Shown: piece by piece, positions 1 to 7,481 of the stretch
Layout: each line of letters opens with the position of its first letter
Position numbering within the stretch: position 1 is the stretch's first letter
Assembly (NCBI GenBank): GCA_947088765.1
Contig: CAMUHU010000014.1
Location: 1 to 29,859, forward strand
Origin: an uncultured Clostridium sp.
Lineage (GTDB): Bacteria; Bacillota; Clostridia; TANB77; CAG-508
Length of the DNA: 29,859 bases
Direction of reading: 5' to 3'
The notes under the pieces: generated by a model
What the model was told of the DNA's origin: nothing
The model's input: only the letters and a program-made list of their open reading frames with translations
Database searches by the model: none
Program-made: the position numbers and the translations under genes

Positions 1-34
1 TAGACAAGTGCCTCACGACACAAGCCCCTATACA

Positions 35-67
35 GAACCGTACGTGCAGTTTTCCTGCATACGGCTC
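35..67 (-). ncRNA. Group II intron domain V (catalytic hairpin)
   Basis: The minus strand reads GAGCCGTATGCAGGAAAACTGCACGTACGGTTC. This has the AGC triad, the two-helix hairpin with an AC bulge, and a closing GUACGGUUC, matching the domain V consensus. Confidence 0.85.
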
Positions 68-80
68 CTCATAATAACAT

Positions 81-1386
81 TTACTTCCAATCAAATAAGC
101 TTATATAAATTTTAGGATATGGCAATTTATATACCTTTAACATTTCCTTAAAACCTTCTACTGTATATCTTTTCTTATGACTTCTTCTATTTAGAATTTT
201 ATATAGAAAATCTATTGTTCTTTGCCTAAAACAACTTATCATTCTGCCATTGTGTGAAATTCCATAATATCGATAATGTCCAATTAACTTAATCTTTATT
301 TGTTCCATTAAGTCACTTACTTTTATATCTCTATTTTGATATAGCCATACTTTCATAGCTTTTACTTTCTGTCTAAATTTCTTCTTGCTTGTCTTCAGCT
401 TAACACTAAATTTTCCACTTCTACTTTTGCTACAGTAAAATGTAAATCCTAAAAAGTCAAATGTTTCTGGCTTTCTTTCTCCTCTTGCTTTTCTGTTTCC
501 TTCTGCATATCTTCCAAATTCTAATAATCTACTTTTGCTTTCTTCTAGTTCTAAACCAAATTTACTCATTCTTTTTTTTAATGCTTCGTAATATGCTTCT
601 GCTTCATATTTATATTGAAAACCTGCAATAAAGTCATCTGCATACGCAACTAGAAATGTATCTCCTTTTGCTCTCTTTTGTACAATTTCTTTATACCATA
701 GCACTAGTACAAAATGCATATATATATTTGCTAATACTGGACTTATTATATTTCCTTGTGCTGAACCTTCTTCTGTTGCTACATATTTACCTTTATCCAT
801 AATTCCTGCTTTTAAATACTTCTTAATTAGTCCTATTATGTTTGGGTCTTTTATGTTATATTCTAAGAACTTAATCATCCAATTATGGTCTATATGGTCA
901 AAGAAACCGTTTAATATCTGCGTCTACAATGTAATTTATTTTGTTTTCCATTATTTTATGGTGTACATATATTATTGTATTGTGACAACTTCTATTTGGT
1001 CTAAATCCATACATATTATCTTGGAATTTTGGCTCATATATTGCCTCTAGTACTTTCCTTAATGCTAATTGTACTATTTTGTCCTCATATATTGATATTC
1101 CTAGTGGTCTCATTTTACCGTTTCCCTTTGGTATATATACCCTAAGAGATGGTGCTGGTTTGTATGCTTTATTCTTTAATCTTATTACCAAGTCTTTAAT
1201 ATTTTCGTCTAAATTTTCTGCATATTCTTTCTTGCTTACATTATCAATTCCAACTGCTTTACTTCCATCTAGTTCTTTATGACATTCCTTTAACAATTCT
1301 TCATTGATTAAGTGATACAATGATGTAAATGTTGGTCGTTTTTCATTTCTTGATTTGTCTGCTATTCTTGCTAGTTTTGTTTCCAT
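81..1386 (-). pseudogene. Group II intron-encoded reverse transcriptase/maturase, split by a 1-nt frameshift; no En/HNH domain
   Basis: ORF 898-1386 (PKGNGKMRPLGI, FRPNRSCH) and ORF 81-878 (SPVLANIYM, YADDF, then the X/maturase region) are the two halves of one protein. The junction reads att aaa cgg ttt ctt tga. Removing one base near 907-909 gives DADIK-G-FFDHIDHNWMIKFLE, the conserved RT block. The C-terminus ends after the maturase region. Confidence 0.9.
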
Positions 1387-2029
1387 TATTCCTCCTGTCC
1401 CTGAGTACAGATAATGTTTCCGTAGTCAAGACCGTTATTATGTAAGCCCCTTCGCTCCATTTCCATTACAGAAACTTCTTCACTAATATGGACTTATCCG
1501 ACTGCCTAATATTTATTTGACATTCTCCGTTTTATTGTTGTTTGTCATACTTGCATTACTACAAGAAATACTAGGCTCTCCCCAGTTGACAAGCAATCTT
1601 TGTGTGAAACATGATTGGCACCATTGACCCCGTGAAAGTTCAAATACTCTTACCATAACGATTATTTGAATATTGCATTCTGCAACAATTAATACATCTG
1701 CCTTTCAATTTTAAGACAACATTTCGTGGCTGAACTGCCTTTTAACCCTGTTTCCTTGCTATCTACGCTTTACTTGCAATATTACTATTACAAGCACAAG
1801 ACTCGCTACTAATTGGTTGGTTAGACCTTCATTAGACAAGATTTCCACTTGCTAGATTACTTACCCTTTGCTGGGCGCACAATTGTAATTTATCTTACTT
1901 CTTTAATTCTTTTTCTAAATCGTTCATATATCTTTTTTGCTGACTTTTTAGATATGGTTTCGCCAATAGTTTCATAATAAATTATTAGTTATAATATTCC
2001 ACAATTTTTCTATATCACAATTTTCTAGT

Positions 2030-2233
2030 TTATATCTTATTAAAAACTATTGTCTTTCCTTTCATTGATATTTTACCAACTTCGTAGCCATATTCTTTTA
2101 CTCCTTTTTTATAAGTTAAAAATGAATGGTCTATATCAAATCCTAAAATATTTTTAATTTCTTCATAAGATAGTTTATATGTATCTTTATTATTTTCTTT
2201 TAAATATTTCCATAATGGCTCATATTTACTCAT
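2030..2233 (-). CDS. Hypothetical small protein (67 aa)
   Basis: ATG start with a GGGAGGTAACA RBS immediately after the upstream gene. No recognised motif. Confidence 0.55.
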   Translation of the reverse strand: MSKYEPLWKYLKENNKDTYKLSYEEIKNILGFDIDHSFLTYKKGVKEYGYEVGKISMKGKTIVFNKI

Positions 2234-2267
2234 TGTTACCTCCCAAACACAGCTTGTAATTTTGTGT

Positions 2268-2939
2268 TTACCATATAAACGGAATCACTTTATATTTGAC
2301 TCTGTCTTTATATTCTGCATATCCAGATAATTCTTTTTCTAGCACCTTTTCTTCATTCTTAATTCTTTTACTAATTATAATTGGATATACCAAAAAAATC
2401 AAAAATGACATAACCGATCCTAAAATTAAAGGTATTGTTAGAAATAATAAAATAGTTACTGCATACATTGGATGTCTTACAATTGCATATAATCCTGTAT
2501 CAATTACTTTTTGATTTTCTTGCACTTCAATAGTTCGAGATAAATAAGTATTTTCTCTTAATATTTCTGCATATAATATGTATGCTAATATAAATAGAAC
2601 TGAAGAAATAATTACTACTACATTAGGAATTACTATCCATTTATATTTATAATTTAATCCTGCAATTATAAGTCCAATTAAAAACATTAAACCACTAAAG
2701 GCAATTACTTGTTTTTGTTCATTTTCTTTTTCTTTTGCATTTAATCTTTTTCTTAATAGTTCAGGATTTTTTATCATCAAAATAATTCCTACGATAAACA
2801 TTGGAACAAATAAGAGTCCCATAAATAGCCAACCATTCCAGTAATCAGTGGTATTTGCAGGTACGAATAATAGTAACCCTATCACCAGTACACCTAAAAT
2901 AAATTTTATAATTGCTTGAAAAAATAACTTTATATCCAT
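2268..2939 (-). CDS. Isoprenylcysteine carboxyl methyltransferase (ICMT/PEMT-like) family membrane methyltransferase
   Basis: Multi-TM protein with the C-terminal GLYAIVRHPMY motif typical of the ICMT family. Start chosen at ATG 2939 (MDIKLFF), preceded by GAGGAA. The longer ORF to 3065 overlaps the upstream gene and has no RBS. Confidence 0.8.
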   Translation of the reverse strand: MDIKLFFQAIIKFILGVLVIGLLLFVPANTTDYWNGWLFMGLLFVPMFIVGIILMIKNPELLRKRLNAKEKENEQKQVIAFSGLMFLIGLIIAGLNYKYKWIVIPNVVVIISSVLFILAYILYAEILRENTYLSRTIEVQENQKVIDTGLYAIVRHPMYAVTILLFLTIPLILGSVMSFLIFLVYPIIISKRIKNEEKVLEKELSGYAEYKDRVKYKVIPFIW

Positions 2940-2974
2940 AATTTTTATTCCTCTCGATTTATTGTTAAGTCTCG

Positions 2975-3460
2975 TTACAAAACATATTGTATTATCAAGC
3001 CTACTAATACACAAACTATTAGTGCAATAACTTCGCCTTTCAAACTTTCCTTTATGTGAAAACAATAATTATGATATTCTTTTTTCATATCTTCTGTTCC
3101 TTTAAAAACAAAATATGGATCATGACAAAACCATATAATATCTATTATAAGTGCATCATATATATTTACAATAGTCCATATTAGAAAACCATATCCAAAA
3201 CCTTCTATAAATGTTGTATAACCATTTATGTATCTTAATATTAAACTTATAATAACTATTATTAAAATTGATGCTAAACTTTTTGCAATTATTTTACTCT
3301 CTTGTGTTGGTATCTTACCTTTATATTCGTCTAAAGATTTTACTCTTTCTTGTATTTTAGATGGGTAATTATATAATGTTGCTATCGGATTTCTTGACAT
3401 TATATATACCATAATTGTAAACAAAACACACAATGCTATACTTTCTACTATTATTATCAT
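2975..3460 (-). CDS. Hypothetical integral membrane protein (161 aa)
   Basis: ATG with a GGAGAATAACAAAT RBS context. Several hydrophobic segments. Apparently co-oriented with the ICMT gene. Confidence 0.65.
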   Translation of the reverse strand: MIIIVESIALCVLFTIMVYIMSRNPIATLYNYPSKIQERVKSLDEYKGKIPTQESKIIAKSLASILIIVIISLILRYINGYTTFIEGFGYGFLIWTIVNIYDALIIDIIWFCHDPYFVFKGTEDMKKEYHNYCFHIKESLKGEVIALIVCVLVGLIIQYVL

Positions 3461-3589
3461 ATTTGTTATTCTCCTTTAATAAAGGTAATTTGTTTAGTTA
3501 ATTAGATTGAAAAGAAGATTATCAATACTAACTATGTGTTTGCGATATTAACCTTTGATTGAAATTATTTGTATTTATTATGTTACGTT

Positions 3590-3623
3590 CATAAAAGCCA
3601 GTAATTAAATATTAATTACTAGC
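3590..3623 (-). terminator. Rho-independent terminator of the toxin gene
   Basis: 12-bp stem 3597-3608 / 3612-3623 with a 3-nt loop. The one non-Watson-Crick pair is G-U on the minus-strand RNA. It is followed on the minus strand by UUUUAU and overlaps the TAG stop at 3619-3621. Confidence 0.55.
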
Positions 3624-4152
3624 CTTTTTGTTTATATAATTGTCCCTTTTCTTCTAAAAGTTTAAAATTGCAACACCTTTTAGAAAGATTAGATGCAGGA
3701 TTATTAATTTTTTCATTATATAATTTAATTGCATTCTTTTTAATTTTTTCTATTTTGTCATTAATTAAATCCAACTCAAAACTCAGGAATGATATATATA
3801 ATGTTTTTTCTTTATCACTAGAAAAATCTCTATACTTTTCTATGTCTTTGTACTTTAATACCTGAACATTCTCATCTGATATTGGAATCATATTATTAAG
3901 ATTTAGTACACCTATTATCCTATCATCTTACATTATTTTTATAAAATCCATACCTTCTCGTATTTTATAGTGTTTTTCTTTTGCTGAAGATATTGGAACA
4001 TAATAATTGAACTCATTTATAGTTATTAATATGCCTATATATGGTTTTAATTTTGTATTATATTCAATATTTTCAACTTTTTCATCAAATTGTCTTAAAT
4101 AATTTACATATTCTTTATCTGCTATATACCATTTTAACTTATTTTCTTTCAT
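3619..4152 (-). pseudogene. Type III toxin-antitoxin toxin, ToxN/AbiQ-family endoribonuclease, interrupted by one in-frame TAA
   Basis: 3619-4164 is a single 546-nt frame with one internal stop at 3928-3930. The joined product contains KLKWYIADKEYVNYLRQFDEKV, GVLNLNNMIPI and CCNFKLLEEK, recalled hallmarks of AbiQ/ToxN. The likely start is ATG 4152, with GGAG 6 nt upstream. Confidence 0.8.
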
Positions 4153-4175
4153 TTTTTGCTCCATATATAAATTTA

Positions 4176-4286
4176 GGTGGCAAAGTTTCCTCTACCACCT
4201 CTTTTACATCCATTTTTGACTGGAATGGTAAAACCTCTTTATATGCCTATTTTTAACTGGAATAGTAAAACCTCTTTTATCATAAC
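4176..4286 (-). ncRNA. ToxI/antiQ-like repetitive antitoxin RNA: two full 37-nt repeats plus one partial
   Basis: Direct repeats at 4213-4249 and 4250-4286 share 26/28 nt in the block TTTTTRACTGGAATRGTAAAACCTCTTT. A partial third copy at 4197-4212 (ACCTCTTTTACATCCA) merges into a GGTGG-N14-CCACC hairpin (4176-4199). The repeats lie between a promoter and the toxin start, on the toxin strand. Confidence 0.7.
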
Positions 4287-4316
4287 TGTAATAGGTTATT
4301 CTGTATTATTATATTA

Positions 4317-4346
4317 ATTATACGTCATTTTTATTCTATTTGTCAA
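4317..4346 (-). promoter_or_regulatory. Sigma-A type promoter for the repeat RNA and toxin
   Basis: The minus strand reads TTGACA (4346-4341), an 18-nt spacer, then TATAAT (4322-4317), about 30 nt upstream of the first repeat. Confidence 0.6.
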
Positions 4347-4382
4347 TAGTTTCAATTTCTATTTTCCCAGTTTGTTACAAAA

Positions 4383-4590
4383 TTTGGGGGTTGTGGGGAT
4401 GATAAATTCTTAGGAGAATTTAAAATTGTAGAGAGAATGTAGGGGCGATTAGAAATCGCCCGTTCTAACAAAGGTTTGCTAAAAATTTTATTTCTTAAGA
4501 ATGTTCTTGGAAGGGCGGGCGATTAATAATCGCCCCTACAACGTATATTTATAATTTTTTAAAATATATAACCCTCCCCACAAACACAAA
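4383..4590. repeat. 208-bp imperfect palindromic element (REPIN/MITE-like) built from two inverted modules
   Basis: Outer inverted repeat TTTGGGGGTTGTGGGGA (4383-4399) pairs with TCCCCACAAACACAAA (4575-4590). Inner inverted pair: GTAGGGGCGATTAGAAATCGCCC (4439-4461, +) and its inverted copy GGGCGATTAATAATCGCCCCTAC (4517-4539). The arms have similar geometry (57 versus 52 nt between the outer box and the GTAG). Confidence 0.6.
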
Positions 4591-4601
4591 TTTATAGTGA
4601 A

Positions 4602-5057
4602 TTATTTTGCTCTATAAAATAATTTTTTTATTTTATTTGTAATTTTAACAAATATAGACTCTTTATATTCTATCATTGATACATTATCTATTTGCTCTGT
4701 TTCTATATTTGATGTTTTGCTTTTAAATAAATTATCTGGATTATATTTTTCTCTTATTTCATCTTGATATTTTCGTTCATTTTCATTATAAATATTCCTT
4801 AATCTTTCCTTCTCGCTTTCAGCCTCACACCAATACTGTAAATTTAGTAATGCAATTATTGATAGGGTTTCTTCTTTTAAATTCTGCTCGATTATTGGAA
4901 TATCTGCATTTATTATCTTTTTATAGCTATTATCCTTTTCTTCTCTAAAAATGTCTCTTAATTTTTGGGGAATTTTTTCTCTTTCTTCTGGACTTACCAT
5001 CTCTAAAAACGTATCTACTTCACTATATGCTTGTCTTATAGCTAATGAAATACTCAT
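4602..5057 (-). CDS. Hypothetical protein (151 aa), second gene of a coupled pair
   Basis: The ATG overlaps the upstream stop as ATGA (5054-5057) and is preceded by AAGGAGGAAGAAC. Charged, helical-looking sequence with no recognised motif. Confidence 0.7.
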   Translation of the reverse strand: MSISLAIRQAYSEVDTFLEMVSPEEREKIPQKLRDIFREEKDNSYKKIINADIPIIEQNLKEETLSIIALLNLQYWCEAESEKERLRNIYNENERKYQDEIREKYNPDNLFKSKTSNIETEQIDNVSMIEYKESIFVKITNKIKKLFYRAK

Positions 5058-6070
5058 GTTCTTCCTCCTTCGTTTCTTTGTATTTGATTTTCTCTATTTC
5101 TAGCCAAATCTTTAATAATTGCTGCCTGTCTATTAATTTCTCCCGTTCTTACTACTCCTTCTGTCGCTAATAATGCACTTGACATGGCTGGATATTGATC
5201 TATGCGATTTCTCCAATTTGTCCAGTCAAGATGAATACCATCTTGAAATGCTTCAAAAAATTTTATAATTCCATTAGCCTCTATCATACATTTATTTAGA
5301 GTGTGTATTACTTGATTAAGTTCTCCTTGTGAAAAACAACTTTTTCCATCACTTAACAAAAAATCATCAATATTTCTTAGAATTCCCTTAATTTGAATTA
5401 CCTCGTCTAAATCATATCCACCATTTTGTGGTGTTGTTAACTTTTCATATATACTTGGTAATGTTCTTTTTATATAATCTGAATATGCAACACTGTTATC
5501 ACTGACATTTTTTTGAGTTTTTCCATACATTTCTTCTCTTACTTTCTCTTTAATGGATTTTATTTTTTCTTTTGCTTCTGGGGTTTTTGCTTCTATACTT
5601 TGAATTCCCTCTAATAAACTTTGAAAATCTTGTTCTTTTTTACAGCCATTTATTAATGATTGTACTAATGTATCTGTGAATTTATCATTATTTTCTATTT
5701 GATATCTTAGTGCTTCTAATCCATAGCTTTGATTATTATAAATATTCCAAACAATCTTGTCAATAAATTCATAATTTGAATTCTTAATAATATTTGGGTC
5801 TAGATATTTTTTTAAAAGTTCCACATCACATCCAATTAAAAAGTTATTAAACTCTTGTAAATTGTTTTCTTCAGTAAATTCTCTAATATCATTTATTGTC
5901 TCTGCACATGCTTGGAAATCTTCGTTAGTTTCTGCCTTTTCTAGCATTTGATTTGTATAGTGTACTATAGTTCCTATTTTTGTAGATAATTTCAGACCGT
6001 CATCTTGTTGTGTATATCTTGATAACATCTCTAATACTTTATTTCTATATTGAACTATTTCTTCACTCAT
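5054..6070 (-). CDS. Hypothetical protein (338 aa), first gene of a coupled pair
   Basis: Long uninterrupted ORF with an ATG start, and a TATAAT box at 6102-6107 in the 47-nt gap after the Ctp gene. No TM segment or catalytic motif recognised. Confidence 0.7.
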   Translation of the reverse strand: MSEEIVQYRNKVLEMLSRYTQQDDGLKLSTKIGTIVHYTNQMLEKAETNEDFQACAETINDIREFTEENNLQEFNNFLIGCDVELLKKYLDPNIIKNSNYEFIDKIVWNIYNNQSYGLEALRYQIENNDKFTDTLVQSLINGCKKEQDFQSLLEGIQSIEAKTPEAKEKIKSIKEKVREEMYGKTQKNVSDNSVAYSDYIKRTLPSIYEKLTTPQNGGYDLDEVIQIKGILRNIDDFLLSDGKSCFSQGELNQVIHTLNKCMIEANGIIKFFEAFQDGIHLDWTNWRNRIDQYPAMSSALLATEGVVRTGEINRQAAIIKDLARNRENQIQRNEGGRT

Positions 6071-6117
6071 TAATATTCTATCCTTCGTTTTTTCTTTTTG
6101 TCAAATTATACAAAAGT

Positions 6118-7299
6118 TTATTTCAACAATTCTATTGCTTTTTTTAGTTGCTCATCAACTTCTGTTTCTTTTTCATCTACAATTTCATAATTTGGTGTTA
6201 TCCCTACTTTATTGATTTTATTTCTGTTTGGAGTAAAATATTCCTTTATTGTTATTTTTAATCCACTTCCGTCATTTAATGTATATAATTCTTGTATAAC
6301 ACCTTTTCCAAATGTCTTTTCCCCTACAATTGTTGCTTTCTTGTAATCTTGTATTGCTCCTGCTAGTATCTCTGAAGCACTTGCTGTTTCATTATTTACT
6401 AAAATTATAATAGGTACATCTATAATAGGGGCATTTTTTGATGTTTCTATTTCCTCTGTTTTGTTCTTGTCTGCTGTTATTAACATTGTAGAGTCTTTGT
6501 CTAAAATATAGTCTGTTATTTGTAATGCTTCGTCTACTATTCCTCCACCATTGTTTCTTAAATCTATAATTAAAGATTTTATATTTTTATTTTTTAATTC
6601 TTCATATGCAGTTTTAAATTGCTCTGCACATCCTTCATCAAAAGTAGCAAGTTCTATATAACCTATATTTTCTTCTAATACTACTCCTTCTACTGGATAT
6701 AGCTCTACACTTGCTCTTTCTAATGTATAGTTAATTGTTTGCCCATTTCTTACTATTTCTAAATCAACTGTTGTTCCTTCTTCTCCTTTTATGTTTGTAG
6801 ACATTTTAGTTAATTCACTTGCATCATAAGATACTCCATTTACTTTTGCTATTATATCTTTAGCTTGCAATCCTGCCTTTTCTGCTGAACTATTTTTGAT
6901 AGTTGAAGAAACTTTTATAACATTATTTTCTGTGTCTGCTTCCATATAAATTCCAATTCCTACATAGTTTCCTGTAGTATATGTTGTAAATGTTTTCATT
7001 TCTTCAGGAGTAAAGTATTCTGTATATTCATCTCCTACTGCACTAATATATCCTTTTATTGCTGCTTCTATCATTTCTCTCTCATTCATATCATATAGAT
7101 ATCTTTTATTTAGTAATTCTTTAAAAGAGGTTAATGTTGCTCCTAATCCAGTAGTATCTCCCTTTGTTACTGCAATGTATTTTATACCTCCAGTTCTATA
7201 TAATAAAATACTTGTTACACAAAATGTTACAACAGCAGTAATAATTATTATCATTACAGTTTTGTATATTCGTGATAATTTTTCCTTGTTTATTTGCAT
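6118..7299 (-). CDS. ctpA: S41 family C-terminal processing peptidase (Ctp)
   Basis: N-terminal TM anchor, a PDZ-like segment (AEKAGLQAKDIIAKVNG), an S41 core (LRNNGGG, ETASASEILAGA) and a GGAGAGG RBS. Confidence 0.85.
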   Translation of the reverse strand: MQINKEKLSRIYKTVMIIIITAVVTFCVTSILLYRTGGIKYIAVTKGDTTGLGATLTSFKELLNKRYLYDMNEREMIEAAIKGYISAVGDEYTEYFTPEEMKTFTTYTTGNYVGIGIYMEADTENNVIKVSSTIKNSSAEKAGLQAKDIIAKVNGVSYDASELTKMSTNIKGEEGTTVDLEIVRNGQTINYTLERASVELYPVEGVVLEENIGYIELATFDEGCAEQFKTAYEELKNKNIKSLIIDLRNNGGGIVDEALQITDYILDKDSTMLITADKNKTEEIETSKNAPIIDVPIIILVNNETASASEILAGAIQDYKKATIVGEKTFGKGVIQELYTLNDGSGLKITIKEYFTPNRNKINKVGITPNYEIVDEKETEVDEQLKKAIELLK

Positions 7300-7401
7300 T
7301 TATACCTCTCCTTTACATTATTATTGCGAAAGTTAATTAACATTATGTCTTATATATTATAGATAAATTATCTAATTTATTCTATAATAATGCTTGCAAA
7401 A

Positions 7402-7439
7402 ATGCAAAAATAATAAAATAAATTTTATTATTTTTGCAT
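7402..7439 (-). terminator. Perfect 17-bp hairpin, almost entirely A/T; possible terminator after the M23 gene
   Basis: ATGCAAAAATAATAAAA-TAAA-TTTTATTATTTTTGCAT, 43 nt downstream of the stop at 7482. The U-tract outside the stem is weak. Confidence 0.35.
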
Positions 7440-7481
7440 CTAATCTTTGTTGCCACTATATATTATATTCACAATTTATTT

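Larger units (their letters stand above)
1..1880 (-). mobile_element. Bacterial group II intron. The 5' end is at 1880; the 3' end is at or a few nt beyond the window start.
   Basis: The minus strand read from 1880 starts GTGCGCCCAGCAAAGGGTAAG, the canonical GUGCG 5' end. 1387-1880 is a noncoding leader ending in GGAGGAATA-ATG for the intron ORF. Domain V lies at 67-35. Positions 34-1 form a GUGUC-GUGA-GGCAC stem-loop (domain VI-like) that runs into the edge. Confidence 0.9.

Noticed and set aside
838-1282. Plus-strand ORFs 838-1050 and 1079-1282 inside the intron
   Set aside because: They are antisense to the RT/maturase reading frames, hydrophobic and low-complexity, with no start context.
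1881-1975. Calling the short open stretch upstream of the intron a sigma/HTH gene fragment
   Set aside because: There are only about 31 codons with a vague basic-helix resemblance. That is too short to assign, so it is mentioned only as context for the intron insertion site.
2940-3065. N-terminal extension of the ICMT-family ORF (track start at 3065)
   Set aside because: The extension overlaps the end of the upstream membrane-protein gene, has odd composition and lacks an RBS. ATG 2939 has GAGGAA upstream and starts at the first TM segment.
3928-3930. Programmed readthrough or recoding of the toxin stop codon
   Set aside because: The codon is TAA, not TGA or TAG, so selenocysteine or pyrrolysine recoding does not apply. 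Other genes terminate normally with all three stops, so an altered genetic code is not supported.
4176-4286. The 37-nt direct repeats as a small CRISPR array
   Set aside because: The repeats are contiguous with no spacers and number only about 2.5 units. They lie between a promoter and a ToxN/AbiQ-like gene, and no cas genes are present. A type III antitoxin RNA explains them better.
4383-4590. The 208-bp long imperfect hairpin as a 6S RNA gene (closing stem, unpaired middle, terminal duplex)
   Set aside because: Its inner module (GTAG + GGGC hairpin) is a multi-copy dispersed repeat in this window. I also cannot point to 6S-specific conserved positions. A repeat element is the more economical reading, and a covariance-model scan would settle it.
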